37,872 bases of DNA, taken from a virus (lineage: Duplodnaviria > Heunggongvirae > Uroviricota > Caudoviricetes). A program made the translations under genes and the position numbers. Position 1 is the stretch's first letter. Every line of letters starts with the position of its first letter. The stretch is taken from positions 1 to 37,872 of the IMG/VR virus record IMGVR_UViG_2563366845_000004; one strand, given 5' to 3'. The notes beneath the pieces are model-generated. The model searched no databases and was not told where the DNA came from. It worked only from the letters and a program-made list of their open reading frames with translations. Shown one piece after another: positions 27,871 through 37,872 of the stretch.

Positions 27871-29043
27871 ATGGCTCAGGATTACCACCACGGGGTGCGC
27901 GTTGTTGAAGTCAACGAAGGCACCCGATCTATTACCACGGTGAGCACCGCCATCGTGGGTATGGTCTGCACGGGCGATGATGCCGATGCAAAAATGTTTC
28001 CTCTTAATAAACCCGTGCTGATCACTGATGTGCTGACTGCCAGCGGTAAAGCGGGTGAGTCCGGTACGCTGGCCCGTTCGCTGGACGCCATCGCTGACCA
28101 GGCAAAACCCGTGACCGTTGTTGTGCGTGTGCCGCAGGGTGAAACGGAAGAAGAAACCACGACCAATATCATCGGCGCAGTGACCGCCGAGGGTAAAAAA
28201 ACAGGCATGAAAGCCCTGTTATCTGCCCAGTCACAGCTCGGCGTTAAACCGCGCATTCTCGGCGTGCCAGGTCACGACACGAAGGCGGTAGCTACTGAGT
28301 TGCTGAGCGTGGCGCAAAGCCTGCGTGGGTTTGCTTACCTGTCAGCGTATGGCTGCAAGACGGTACAGGAGGCGATCACTTACCGTGAAAACTTCAGCCA
28401 GCGCGAAGGAATGCTGATCTGGCCCGACTTTACTGGCTGGGACACGGTGCTGAATGCCGAAGCAACGGCATATGCCACCGCCCGTGCGCTTGGTCTGCGT
28501 GCCAAAATTGATGAGCAGACCGGGTGGCACAAAAGCCTGTCCAACGTGGGCGTGAACGGTGTCACCGGAATTTCTGCAGATGTGTTCTGGGATCTGCAGG
28601 ACCCGGCAACCGATGCAGGTCTGCTGAACCAGAACGACGTCACCACGCTTGTGCGCAAGGACGGTTTCCGCTTCTGGGGTTCCCGCTGCCTGAGTGATGA
28701 CCCGCTCTTTGCCTTCGAAAACTACACCCGCACGGCGCAGGTGCTGATGGACACGATGGCAGAAGCACACATGTGGGCGGTGGATAAACCGCTTAACCCG
28801 TCGCTGGCCCGCGACATTATCGAAGGTATCCGCGCCAAAATGCGCAGCCTGGTCAGTCAGGGCTATCTCATTGGTGGTGATTGCTGGCTGGATGAGTCGG
28901 TGAACGACAAAGACACGCTGAAAGCCGGAAAACTCACCATCGACTATGACTACACGCCAGTGCCGCCACTTGAAAATCTGATGCTGCGCCAGCGCATCAC
29001 CGATCAGTACCTGGTGAATTTCGCCAGCCAGGTCAGCGCGTAA
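27871..29043 (+). CDS. Tail sheath protein (P2 gpFI-like)
   Basis: 390 aa, P2 FI size and position. Confidence 0.85.
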   Translation: MAQDYHHGVRVVEVNEGTRSITTVSTAIVGMVCTGDDADAKMFPLNKPVLITDVLTASGKAGESGTLARSLDAIADQAKPVTVVVRVPQGETEEETTTNIIGAVTAEGKKTGMKALLSAQSQLGVKPRILGVPGHDTKAVATELLSVAQSLRGFAYLSAYGCKTVQEAITYRENFSQREGMLIWPDFTGWDTVLNAEATAYATARALGLRAKIDEQTGWHKSLSNVGVNGVTGISADVFWDLQDPATDAGLLNQNDVTTLVRKDGFRFWGSRCLSDDPLFAFENYTRTAQVLMDTMAEAHMWAVDKPLNPSLARDIIEGIRAKMRSLVSQGYLIGGDCWLDESVNDKDTLKAGKLTIDYDYTPVPPLENLMLRQRITDQYLVNFASQVSA

Positions 29044-29052
29044 GGGGACAAC

Positions 29053-29568
29053 ATGGCTTTACCACGCAAATTAAAACATCTGAACCTGTTTAACGACGGG
29101 AACAACTGGCAGGGGATCGTAGAGTCGCTGACGCTGCCGAAATTCACCCGCAAATATGAGAAGTATCGCGGCGGCGGAATGCCTGGTGCAATTGATGTGG
29201 ATCTGGGGCTTGATGACAGTGCGCTGGACACAGAATTTTCCATTGGTGGTACTGAACTGCTGCTGTTTAAGCAGATGGGCAAAGCCACGGTGGATGGCAT
29301 CCAGTTGCGCTTTACCGGCTCTATCCAGCGTGACGATACCGGAGAAGTGCAGGCCGTGGAGCTTGTGGTGCGTGGACGTCACAAAGAAGTGGATTCCGGC
29401 GAGTGGAAGACGGGTGAAAGCAACACCACCAAAGTGACCAGTACCAACAGCTACGCGAAGCTGACCATCAATGGTGAGGTGCTCTATGAAGTGGACCTTA
29501 TCAACATGGTGGAAATTGTGGACGGTATGGACCTGATGGAAGCGCACCGCAACGCCCTCGGCCTCTGA
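29053..29568 (+). CDS. Tail tube protein (P2 gpFII-like)
   Basis: 171 aa directly after the sheath gene. Confidence 0.85.
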   Translation: MALPRKLKHLNLFNDGNNWQGIVESLTLPKFTRKYEKYRGGGMPGAIDVDLGLDDSALDTEFSIGGTELLLFKQMGKATVDGIQLRFTGSIQRDDTGEVQAVELVVRGRHKEVDSGEWKTGESNTTKVTSTNSYAKLTINGEVLYEVDLINMVEIVDGMDLMEAHRNALGL

Positions 29569-29622
29569 ACTATCTGAACGGCGCGGGATACCGCGCCAGA
29601 ACCCAATTTACAGGACAGCAAA

Positions 29623-29925
29623 ATGAGTGATAAGCAGACTGAAAAGACCATTCAACTGGATACCCCCATCAAGCGCGGTAAAACAGAAATCACCGAAATT
29701 GTGTTGCGTAAACCGCAGTCCGGTGCGCTGCGCGGTACACGCCTGCAGGCCATTATGGATATGGATGTGAACGCGATGATGACCGTGATCCCCCGCATCT
29801 CCAGTCCGGCACTGACTGCACAGGAAATTGCAGAGATGGACCCGGCAGATCTCACTGCCATGTCGGTTGAGGTTGTCACTTTTTTGTTGAAGAAGTCGGT
29901 GCTTGCCGGTTTACCGACAGCCTGA
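29623..29925 (+). CDS. Tail assembly chaperone E (P2 gpE-like)
   Basis: 100 aa; contains the slippery heptamer T TTT TTG near its 3' end. Confidence 0.8.
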   Translation: MSDKQTEKTIQLDTPIKRGKTEITEIVLRKPQSGALRGTRLQAIMDMDVNAMMTVIPRISSPALTAQEIAEMDPADLTAMSVEVVTFLLKKSVLAGLPTA

Positions 29926-30059
29926 CGGTTGACGATCTGGTGGCTGATATCGCCACCATCTTTCACTGGCCGCCATCCGTTACTGACGTTATGCCGCTGA
30001 CCGAAGTGCTGGAATGGCGGTATAAAGCGATTCAGAGAAGCGGGGCCAACGATGAGTGA
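29623..30059 (+). CDS. E+E' extended product made by -1 programmed ribosomal frameshift
   Basis: Slippery T6G at 29880..29886; the -1 frame stays open to TGA at 30057..30059, ending just inside the tape-measure gene as in P2 E/E'. Confidence 0.6.
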
Positions 30060-33000
30060 TAATAACCTGCGCCTGCAGGTCATTCTTAATGCGGTTGACA
30101 AACTCACCCGCCCATTCCGTGCTGCACAGGCCAGTTCGAAAGAGCTGGCTGGCGCAATCAGAAACTCCCGTGACGCATTAAAGCAACTCAATCAGGCGGG
30201 TAACAGCCTGGAAAAATTTCGCAAGCTGCAGGCCGATAACAAAAAGTTAGGCGACAGGCTGAACTATGCCAGACAGAAGGCAAATTTGCTTAGTTCTGAG
30301 CTGGAAGCGATGGAACAACCATCACAAAGGCATCTTGTGGCTTTAGGTCGGCAAACGCTGGCAGTCCAACGCCTGGAAGAACAACAAAAATATTTGCAGA
30401 AGCAAACGGCGCTTGTGCGTGCAGAACTGTACCGGGCGGGAATTTCTGCGAAAGATGATGCGGGAGCAACTGCCCGTTTAGCCCGTGAAACATCACGTTA
30501 TAACCAGGAACTTTCGAAACAGGAGGCGCGGCTGAAGCGACTGGGGGAAGCTCAGCGCAGGATGAATGCGGCGCGTGCCAGTTATGCCCGTTCGCTGGAG
30601 GTGCGTGATCGTATTGCAGGTGCCGGAGCCACCACCACGGCTGCAGGGCTGGCAATGGGCGCACCAGTGATGGCGGCAGTAAAAAGCTATACCAGCATGG
30701 AAGATGCCATGAAAGGTGTGGCAAAGCAGGTCAATGGTCTGCGTGACGATAATGGCAACCGCACCGCGCGTTTTTACGAAATGCAGGATGCCATCAAGGC
30801 TGCCAGCGAACAGTTGCCGATGGAAAACGGTGCTGTGGACTTTGCCGCACTGGTTGAAGGTGGTGCGCGCATGAACGTCGCAAATCCTGACGACAGCTGG
30901 GAAGACCAGAAACGTGACCTGCTGGCCTTCGCCAGCACGGCAGCAAAGGCGGCAACAGCCTTTGAGCTGCCAGCGGATGAACTGTCAGAAAGTCTGGGGA
31001 AAATCGCCCAGCTCTACAAAATCCCTACCCGCAATATTGAACAGCTCGGTGATGCGCTGAACTATCTGGATGATAACGCCATGTCGAAAGGGGCAGACAT
31101 CATTGATGTCATGCAACGCCTGGGCGGTGTGGCTGATCGTCTGGATTATCGTAAAGCGGCGGCGCTGGGTTCCAGCTTTCTGACACTGGGCGCTGCGCCA
31201 GAGGTTGCAGCCAGTGCAGCAAACGCGATGGTGCGTGAATTGTCCATTGCCACCATGCAAAGCAAGAGTTTCTTTGAAGGGATGAATCTGCTGAAACTCA
31301 ATCCTGAAGTGATTGAAAAGCAGATGACGAAGGATGCGATGGGAACTATCCAGCGTGTGCTGGAGAAGGTGAACGCACTGCCGCAGGACAAGCGTCTGTC
31401 TGCCATGACCATGTTGTTTGGTAAAGAGTTTGGCGATGACGCGGCGAAACTGGCAAACAACCTGCCGGAACTACAGCGCCAGCTAAAACTGACAGCGGGC
31501 AATGATGCGCTCGGTTCCATGCAGAAAGAATCCGACATCAACAAGGACTCACTTTCTGCTCAGTGGTTGCTGGTTAAAACCGGAGCGCAGAATACCTTCA
31601 GCAGCCTGGGCGAAACGCTGCGCCAGCCGCTGATGGATATTCTGTACACGGTGAAAAGCGTTACGGGAGCGTTGCGTCGCTGGGGGGAAGCTAACCCGGA
31701 ACTGACGGGCACACTGATGAAAGTAGCCGCTATTGTGGCTGCGGTTACCGTAGGCCTCGGCACCTTGGCTGTGGCGCTGGCTGCAGTGCTGGGGCCGCTG
31801 GCAGTCATCCGTCTGGGATTCTCTGTGCTGGGCATCAAAACGTTACCTTCCGTTACGGCAGCAGTAACACGAACCAGCAGCGCGTTGTCCTGGCTGGCTG
31901 GCGCTCCACTGGCAGTGCTGCGACGCGGGCTTGCTTCATCGGGTAACGCAGCTGGTTTACTTACTGCGCCGTTGTCGTCTTTGCGCCGTACGGCATCACT
32001 GACGGGAAATGTCCTGAAAACTGTAGCAGGTGCGCCGGTTGCACTATTGCGGTCTGGATTATCCGCTTTACGTGCTGTTGCTGTGATGTTTATGAATCCT
32101 CTGGCGGTACTGCGCGGTGGACTGGCTGCCGCAGGCGCGGTGCTTCGTGTGCTTGCATCTGGTCCGCTGGCGATGCTGCGCGTTGCCCTGTATGCCATAT
32201 CTGGTCTGTTAGGTGCTCTGCTCAGTCCGATAGGTCTTGTGGTTACTGCCCTGGCGGGCGTGGCGCTGGTTGTCTGGAAATACTGGCAACCCATCACCGC
32301 ATTTCTCGGTGGCGTGGTGGAAGGATTCAAAGCGGCGGCAGGTCCCGTCAGTGCTGCATTCGAACCACTTAAGCCTGTGTTTCAGTGGATTGGCGACAAA
32401 GTACAGGCGCTGTGGGGCTGGTTTACTGATCTGCTGACGCCCGTTAAGTCGACCTCTGCCGAACTGCAGAGTGCAGCGGCAATGGGGCGGCGATTCGGGG
32501 AGGCACTGGCGGAAGGGCTGAATATGGTCATGCATCCGCTGGACTCCCTGAAATCCGGCGTTTCCTGGTTGCTGGAGAAACTCGGCATTGTCAGTAAAGA
32601 GGCCGCAAAGGCAAAACTACCGGAAAGCGTGACGCGTCAGCAACCTGCGACGGTGAATGCAGACGGTAAAGTGATGATGCCATCGGGTGGCTTTCCGTCA
32701 TGGGGATATGGCTTTGCGGGTATGTATGACAGCGGCGGCTATATCCCGCGCGGGCAGTTTGGCATCGTCGGTGAAAACGGGCCAGAAATTGTTAACGGCC
32801 CGGCAAATGTGACCAGCCGGAGAAATACAGCTGCACTGGCTGCCGTTGTTGCCGGAATGATGGGCGTTGCTGCCGCGCCAGCAGAGCTTCCACCGTTGCA
32901 CCCTTTGGCACTTCCCGCGAAAGGTGGAGAAGCAATTGTGAGTCGCGCAGCCACTGTGCCGCTCGTTCAACGGATTGAGGCACCGACGCAGATCATCATT

Positions 33001-33129
33001 CAGACGCAGCCAGGACAAAGTGCGCAGGATATTGCGCGGGAGGTGGCACGCCAGCTTGATGAACGTGAACGCAGGCTGAAGGCAAAAGCCAGGAGTAACT
33101 ACAGCGATCAGGGGGGATACGACGTATGA
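30052..33129 (+). CDS. Tail tape measure protein (P2 gpT-like)
   Basis: 1025 aa; coiled-coil N-terminal region, central hydrophobic Ala/Leu-rich repeats (PLAVLRRGL-type), position after E/E'. Confidence 0.85.
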   Translation: MSDNNLRLQVILNAVDKLTRPFRAAQASSKELAGAIRNSRDALKQLNQAGNSLEKFRKLQADNKKLGDRLNYARQKANLLSSELEAMEQPSQRHLVALGRQTLAVQRLEEQQKYLQKQTALVRAELYRAGISAKDDAGATARLARETSRYNQELSKQEARLKRLGEAQRRMNAARASYARSLEVRDRIAGAGATTTAAGLAMGAPVMAAVKSYTSMEDAMKGVAKQVNGLRDDNGNRTARFYEMQDAIKAASEQLPMENGAVDFAALVEGGARMNVANPDDSWEDQKRDLLAFASTAAKAATAFELPADELSESLGKIAQLYKIPTRNIEQLGDALNYLDDNAMSKGADIIDVMQRLGGVADRLDYRKAAALGSSFLTLGAAPEVAASAANAMVRELSIATMQSKSFFEGMNLLKLNPEVIEKQMTKDAMGTIQRVLEKVNALPQDKRLSAMTMLFGKEFGDDAAKLANNLPELQRQLKLTAGNDALGSMQKESDINKDSLSAQWLLVKTGAQNTFSSLGETLRQPLMDILYTVKSVTGALRRWGEANPELTGTLMKVAAIVAAVTVGLGTLAVALAAVLGPLAVIRLGFSVLGIKTLPSVTAAVTRTSSALSWLAGAPLAVLRRGLASSGNAAGLLTAPLSSLRRTASLTGNVLKTVAGAPVALLRSGLSALRAVAVMFMNPLAVLRGGLAAAGAVLRVLASGPLAMLRVALYAISGLLGALLSPIGLVVTALAGVALVVWKYWQPITAFLGGVVEGFKAAAGPVSAAFEPLKPVFQWIGDKVQALWGWFTDLLTPVKSTSAELQSAAAMGRRFGEALAEGLNMVMHPLDSLKSGVSWLLEKLGIVSKEAAKAKLPESVTRQQPATVNADGKVMMPSGGFPSWGYGFAGMYDSGGYIPRGQFGIVGENGPEIVNGPANVTSRRNTAALAAVVAGMMGVAAAPAELPPLHPLALPAKGGEAIVSRAATVPLVQRIEAPTQIIIQTQPGQSAQDIAREVARQLDERERRLKAKARSNYSDQGGYDV

Positions 33130-33611
33130 TGATGGTGCTGGGATTGTACGTGTTTATGCTGCGCACCGTGCCGTATCAGGAACTGCAGTATCAACGCAGC
33201 TGGCGACATGCGGCTAACAGCCGGGTAAATCGTCGTCCATCCACGCAGTTTCTGGGACCGGACAACGACATGCTGACGCTTTCTGGTGTTCTTATGCCGG
33301 AGATAACAGGCGGCAGGCTGTCGTTGCTGGCACTGGAGCAGATGGCAGAACAGGGGAAAGCATGGCCCCTGATTGAAGGCAGCGGCACGATTTACGGCAT
33401 GTATGTGATTGAGGGACTGAATCAGACTAAAACGGAGTTTTTCCGCGACGGTATGCCGCGCCGGATTGAGTTCACTCTGTCGCTCAAACGGGTGGATGAA
33501 TCCCTGTCCGATATGTTCGGTGATCTCAGTGCGCAACTGAATAATCTTCAGGACACGGCAACATCTGCCTTAAGCGATATCAGTAAAACGGTGGGAGGGC
33601 TGCTGTCGTGA
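33126..33611 (+). CDS. Tail protein U (P2 gpU-like)
   Basis: 161 aa, overlaps the T stop. Confidence 0.8.
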   Translation: MMMVLGLYVFMLRTVPYQELQYQRSWRHAANSRVNRRPSTQFLGPDNDMLTLSGVLMPEITGGRLSLLALEQMAEQGKAWPLIEGSGTIYGMYVIEGLNQTKTEFFRDGMPRRIEFTLSLKRVDESLSDMFGDLSAQLNNLQDTATSALSDISKTVGGLLS

Positions 33612-34708
33612 ATTTCAGTTCTGAACTGCTTAACAAAGGTAACAAAACTCCCGCATTCAGCATCAGTATTGAGGGCAGGGATATCACCACAGTGCTGGAT
33701 AACCGCCTGATGGGGCTGACGCTGACGGATAACCGGGGATTTGAAGCGGACCAGCTTGATCTGGAGCTGGACGACGCCGATGGAAAAATCGTGCTGCCGC
33801 GCCGTGGTGCGGTCATTACGCTGGCGCTGGGCTGGAAGGGGCAGCCGCTTTTCCCGAAAGGGGCATTCACGGTCGACGAGATTGAACACACTGGCGCACC
33901 GGACCGCCTGACTATCCGGGCGCGAAGTGCTGATTTTCGTGAAACACTGAATACCCGCCGCGAAAAATCGTGGCACAAGACCACTGTCGGGGAAGTGGTG
34001 AAGGAAATAGCCGTACGTCACAAGCTGAAGATGGCACTGGGTAAAGACCTGTCGGATAAGCCCGTGGAGCATATAGACCAGACTAATGAGAGTGACGGTA
34101 GTTTTTTGATGCGGTTGGCGCGCCAGTACGGTGCTATTGCGTCGGTGAAAAATGGCAATCTGTTATTCATCCGGCAGGGACAGGGCAAAAGCGCCAGCGG
34201 TAAACCACTGCCGGTGATCACTATCACGCGTAAGGACGGCGACAGTCACCGCTTTACCCTGGCAGATCGCGGAGCCTACACGGGCGTAATTGCCAGCTGG
34301 TTGCATACCCGCGAACCTGCGAAGAAAGAAAGCACCACGGTGAAGCGTAAGCGCAGAACTAAGAAGCAGAAGAAAGAGCCAGAAGCGAAGCAGGGCGATT
34401 ACCTGGTGGGTACGGATGAAAACGTGCTGGTACTTAATCGCACCTATGCCAACCGGAGCAACGCTGAACGAGCGGCGAAAATGCAGTGGGAACGCCTGCA
34501 ACGCGGCGTTGCGTCATTCTCGCTACAACTGGCAGAAGGTCGGGCAGATCTCTACACGGAAATGCCAGTGAAAGTCAGTGGCTTTAAACAGCCGATAGAT
34601 GATGCGGAATGGACCATTACGACTCTGACGCATACTGTCAGCCCGGATAACGGTTTTACGACCAGTCTGGAGCTTGAAGTGAAGATTGATGATTTCGAAA
34701 TGGAATGA
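33608..34708 (+). CDS. Tail protein D (P2 gpD-like)
   Basis: 366 aa, GTG start overlapping the U stop; last tail gene before ogr. Confidence 0.8.
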   Translation: MNFSSELLNKGNKTPAFSISIEGRDITTVLDNRLMGLTLTDNRGFEADQLDLELDDADGKIVLPRRGAVITLALGWKGQPLFPKGAFTVDEIEHTGAPDRLTIRARSADFRETLNTRREKSWHKTTVGEVVKEIAVRHKLKMALGKDLSDKPVEHIDQTNESDGSFLMRLARQYGAIASVKNGNLLFIRQGQGKSASGKPLPVITITRKDGDSHRFTLADRGAYTGVIASWLHTREPAKKESTTVKRKRRTKKQKKEPEAKQGDYLVGTDENVLVLNRTYANRSNAERAAKMQWERLQRGVASFSLQLAEGRADLYTEMPVKVSGFKQPIDDAEWTITTLTHTVSPDNGFTTSLELEVKIDDFEME

Positions 34709-34798
34709 TTCTTCGCAATGGAGAACTTTTAAGTTTTCAAAATGGAATAATGCGGTATCATTATTGTGAATTTAGCAAAAATGGGGAGAACTCGAAAA

Positions 34799-35017
34799 AT
34801 GATGATTTGCCCACTGTGTGGAAGTGCCGCCCATACTCGCAGCAGTTTTCAGGTATCTTCATTGACCAAAGAGCGTTACAACCAGTGCCAGAACATTAAC
34901 TGCAGCCATACTTTTGTTACCCATGAAACTTTTGTTCGTTCGATTGCAACGCCAAAAGAGTCAAATCCGGTTCAGCCGCATCCAATGAAATCAGGACAGG
35001 TGGCGCTCTCTCTTTGA
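34799..35017 (+). CDS. ogr: Ogr/Delta-family zinc-finger late-gene transcription activator
   Basis: 72 aa from MMICPLCGSAAH...CQNINCSHTF (CxxC-N22-CxxxxC), P2 Ogr length; GGGAGA RBS; stop abuts the attR core. Confidence 0.85.
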   Translation: MMICPLCGSAAHTRSSFQVSSLTKERYNQCQNINCSHTFVTHETFVRSIATPKESNPVQPHPMKSGQVALSL

Positions 35018-35040
35018 CGCTGCCGCCATTTTGTCGCCAT
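35018..35040. repeat. attR core (CGCTGCCGCCATTTTGTCGCCAT)
   Basis: Direct repeat of 19..41 (22 of 23 identical), immediately after the ogr stop codon. Confidence 0.6.
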
Positions 35041-35252
35041 CGTTAAAAAACAGTGCTTCTAACATCATGATTTTAAAAGGTATAAATTTCAGGCAACAAA
35101 AAACCCACCAACCTTGAACCAAAATGGCGGGGTTGATGGGCTCCACAAAATGGGGACATCAAAGAAAAGCAGTGGCACTAATTAAGACTGATGCCCTGCG
35201 GAAAAGTTCTGCGGTTGTGCAAAAAAATTTCATTTTCAGGGCAACTTCAGTT

Positions 35253-36938
35253 TTATCCTAATCCTGGCCATACCATGACGATGATTGTCCCTGCCAGCGT
35301 CAGCAGGACGTTGGCGATTGCGTAAGTGCCCGCATAGCCCAGCGCCGGGATATTACTGCGAGCTGTATCACTGATGATCTCCATTGCCGGCGCGCAGGTG
35401 CGTGCGCCCATCATTGCGCCGAACAACAGTGCGCGGTTCATTCGCAATACATAAGCACCGAACAAGAAGCAGATAACCACTGGCACCAGACTGACAATCA
35501 ATCCGGCAATCAACATCTGACCGCCAATCGCGCCCAGGCCGTTATTAATACCGCTACCAGCGCTCAGACCAACGCCTGCCATAAACACCATCAAGCCGAA
35601 CTCCTTCACCATGCTTAATGCACCCTGCGGAATGTAACCGAAGGTCGGGTGGTTAGCACGCATAAAGCCCAGCATAATTCCGGCGAATAACAACCCGGCA
35701 GCGTTCCCCATGCCGAAACTGAATGTGCTGAACTGGAAGGTGATCATCCCGATCATCAGCCCAATAACAAAGAAGGCGCAGAATGCCAGCAAGTCAGTGA
35801 CCTGGCTGTGAATCGAGATAAAGCCGATGCGATCGGCGATGGTTTTTACCCGGCGGGCATCGCCGCTGACTTGTAAAACGTCACCTTTGTTAAGCACGAC
35901 GTTGTCATCAATCGGCATCTCAATCTGGCTACGAATGACGCGGTTAAGGAAGCAACCGTGATCGGTCAACTTCAGTTGTGCCAGGCGTTTGCCAACAGCG
36001 TTATGGTTTTTAACGACCACTTCTTCAGTGACGATACGCATGTCGAGAAGGTCACGATCGAAAACTTCTTTGCCATTACGGAAACTGGGATCGAGTCGGG
36101 CGTGGGCGTCAGGATAGCCTACCAACGCTATTTCATCGCCCATTTGTAGTACGGCATCACCGTCTGGATTTGCCAGAATCCCGTTACGCCGAATACGTTC
36201 AATGTAGCAGCCGGTTTGTCGATAAATACCCAGTTCACGCAGATTTTTGCCGTCGGTCCAGGCTACCAGCTCCGGGCCGACGCGGTAGGCGCGGATCACC
36301 GGCAAATAAACCTTACGGTTGGCATCTGTGTCCAGGCCACGTTCGCGGGCGATTTGCTGGGCGCTGGTCTGTAAGTCCTGATGCTGCAATTTCGGCAAGT
36401 AACGCGCACCAACAATCAAACTCACCAGACCGATTAAATAGGTTAAGGCATACCCGAGGCTCAGATTATCCAGTGCCAGTGAGAGCTGCCTGCTTTCCAT
36501 GCCGGAATGACGCAGTGTATCGCCAGCACCGACCAGAACCGGTGTCGACGTCATAGAGCCTGCTAACATACCGGCCGTCAGGCCAATATCCCAGCCAAAC
36601 AGCTTACCTAACCCTAAGGCGATCACCAGCGCACTGCCAACCATCACCAGTGCTAACATTAGGTAATTTTTCCCATCGCGAAAAAAAATGGAAAAAAAGT
36701 TCGGTCCGGCTTCGACCCCGACGCAGAAAATAAACAGCATAAAGCCAAGATTAAGCGCGTCGGTGTTAATGCTGAAATGTTGTTGGCCTAATAACAGCGA
36801 TACGACTAAAACGCCAATGGAATTACCCAGTTGGATCGAACCAAGTCGTAATTTCCCGAGACATAGCCCAAGCGCGAGGACCACAAATAATAACAGAATG
36901 TAATTCCCATTTAACAATTCGGCGACGTTTATATTCAC
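35253..36938 (-). CDS. ybjL: Host putative transport protein YbjL (AAE-family permease with central regulatory domains)
   Basis: 561 aa with multi-pass membrane repeats at both ends and a central soluble region; followed by ybjM and grxA as in E. coli. Confidence 0.8.
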
Positions 36939-37207
36939 GGAGGCTAACTTCTTGTTTACTAGTAAGCTGTTGAAAGAAATGGTAATTTACGATAATGTTT
37001 TTTACCAGAATTCAGGGCGCAGATTCATTCAGCGCACCTAAACGATAGTAAAGTAACAATATATTTTACTAGTGTAATCACATTAGGTATCAACGGCTAT
37101 ATGAATTGCGTTGGCCTATATTAGCATGGAATGCGAAGCGGCTTTATCTTACTGAACGCCACACTGGCGAAAAATGTGTTCGATAGACGCAGTGTCAGGA
37201 GGAACGA

Positions 37208-37585
37208 GTGAAACATAAACAACGTTGGGCGGGGGCAATCTGCTGTTTTGTCCTCTTCATTGTGGTGTGCCTTTTTCTGGCGACGCATATGAAAGGCGCT
37301 TTTCGGGCTGCCGGGCATCCTGAAATCGGCTTGCTGTTTTTCATTCTTCCTGGAGCAGTTGCCAGCTTCTTTTCACAGCGTAGAGAAGTCCTGAAACCTC
37401 TGTTTGGCGCAATGCTGGCGGCACCCTGTTCAATGCTTATTATGCGGCTGTTTTTTTCACCGACGCGCTCATTCTGGCAAGAGCTGGCATGGTTATTAAG
37501 TGCGGTGTTCTGGTGTGCGCTGGGGGCACTGTGTTTCTTATTTATCAGTAGTTTGTTTAAACCACAGCACAGAAAAAATCAATAA
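37208..37585 (+). CDS. ybjM: Host inner membrane protein YbjM
   Basis: 125 aa, four hydrophobic helices, sits between ybjL and grxA. Confidence 0.7.
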   Translation: MKHKQRWAGAICCFVLFIVVCLFLATHMKGAFRAAGHPEIGLLFFILPGAVASFFSQRREVLKPLFGAMLAAPCSMLIMRLFFSPTRSFWQELAWLLSAVFWCALGALCFLFISSLFKPQHRKNQ

Positions 37586-37605
37586 AGCCCTCAACGCGAG
37601 GGCTT
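37585..37605. terminator. Bidirectional terminator between convergent ybjM and grxA
   Basis: AAGCCCTC-AACGC-GAGGGCTT hairpin; a T-run follows on the minus strand. Confidence 0.5.
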
Positions 37606-37614
37606 GTCAGACGA

Positions 37615-37872
37615 TCAGGCGTCCAGATTCTCTTTCACCCATGCAGCAAAATCGGTATAGCCGCCGATATGTTGCTGATCGACAAAAATCTGCGGCACGG
37701 TTTCTACGGGTTTACCTGCCTTTTGTTGTAGATCTTCTTTAGTGATCCCTTCCGCACGAATATCAACATACTGATACTGAAAATCATCGCGTTCATTGCT
37801 CAATTTCTCAGCCAGATCTTTTGCACGCACACAGTAAGGGCAACCCGGACGACCAAAAATAACGGTTTGCAT
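37615..37872 (-). CDS. grxA: Glutaredoxin 1
   Basis: 85 aa starting MQTVIFGRPGCPYCVRAKDLAEKL... with the CPYC active site; its start codon is the last triplet of the window. Confidence 0.9.
   Translation of the reverse strand: MQTVIFGRPGCPYCVRAKDLAEKLSNERDDFQYQYVDIRAEGITKEDLQQKAGKPVETVPQIFVDQQHIGGYTDFAAWVKENLDA

Larger units (their letters stand above)
19..35040. mobile_element. Complete P2/186-like prophage (integrase to ogr), bounded by att core direct repeats
   Basis: Colinear P2/186 gene set (int, CI, apl, cII, A, Q, P, O, N, M, L, X, lysis, R, S, V, W, J, I, H, G, FI, FII, E, T, U, D, ogr) flanked by a 23-bp direct repeat; host genes ybjL-ybjM-grxA follow on the right. Confidence 0.85.

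Noticed and set aside
31560-32330. 256-aa minus-strand ORF inside the tape-measure gene
   Set aside because: Antisense to a well-supported structural gene in a GC-rich repeat region; Ala/Pro/Arg/Ser-rich composition typical of spurious ORFs; no RBS.
34705-34899. 64-aa ORF overlapping the ogr start
   Set aside because: Out of frame with ogr, which has the correct length, zinc-finger motif and RBS; the overlapping ORF has no support.
35041-35252. tRNA or tmRNA as the integration target beside attR
   Set aside because: No cloverleaf-compatible sequence or conserved tRNA boxes; the att core sits inside the int 3' end and an intergenic host site instead.

Overview
The window is almost entirely one complete P2/186-like temperate myovirus prophage of an enterobacterium (about 19..35040), followed by host genes ybjL, ybjM and grxA. 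The prophage is bounded by a 23-bp direct repeat (19..41 and 35018..35040, one mismatch) that I read as the att core. Gene order follows the P2/186 prophage layout: int, a 186 CI-like repressor, apl/cox-like, cII-like, small early genes, TraR-like, Dam methylase, replication protein A, a LexA-box-controlled Tum/DinI-like module, then portal, terminase, capsid, lysis, tail and ogr genes. All calls are from reading the protein translations and motifs; no database search was run. Four AT-rich cargo loci stand out as candidate defence or exclusion systems: (1) a coiled-coil membrane protein apparently co-transcribed with the repressor (1139..2128); (2) an overlapping zinc-ribbon plus small membrane protein pair (9684..10416); (3) a SEFIR/TIR-domain protein between a candidate cos site and the portal gene (11108..12547); (4) a split OLD-like ABC-ATPase plus Toprim/DUF4435-like pair resembling PARIS AriA/AriB, inserted between tail gene S and the V late promoter (20977..23080). 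The classical Z/fun cargo position between G and FI is empty. Also visible are three exact TGT-N12-ACA late-promoter dyads, a T6G frameshift site for E/E', and a CI repressor with a tandemly duplicated N-terminal domain.
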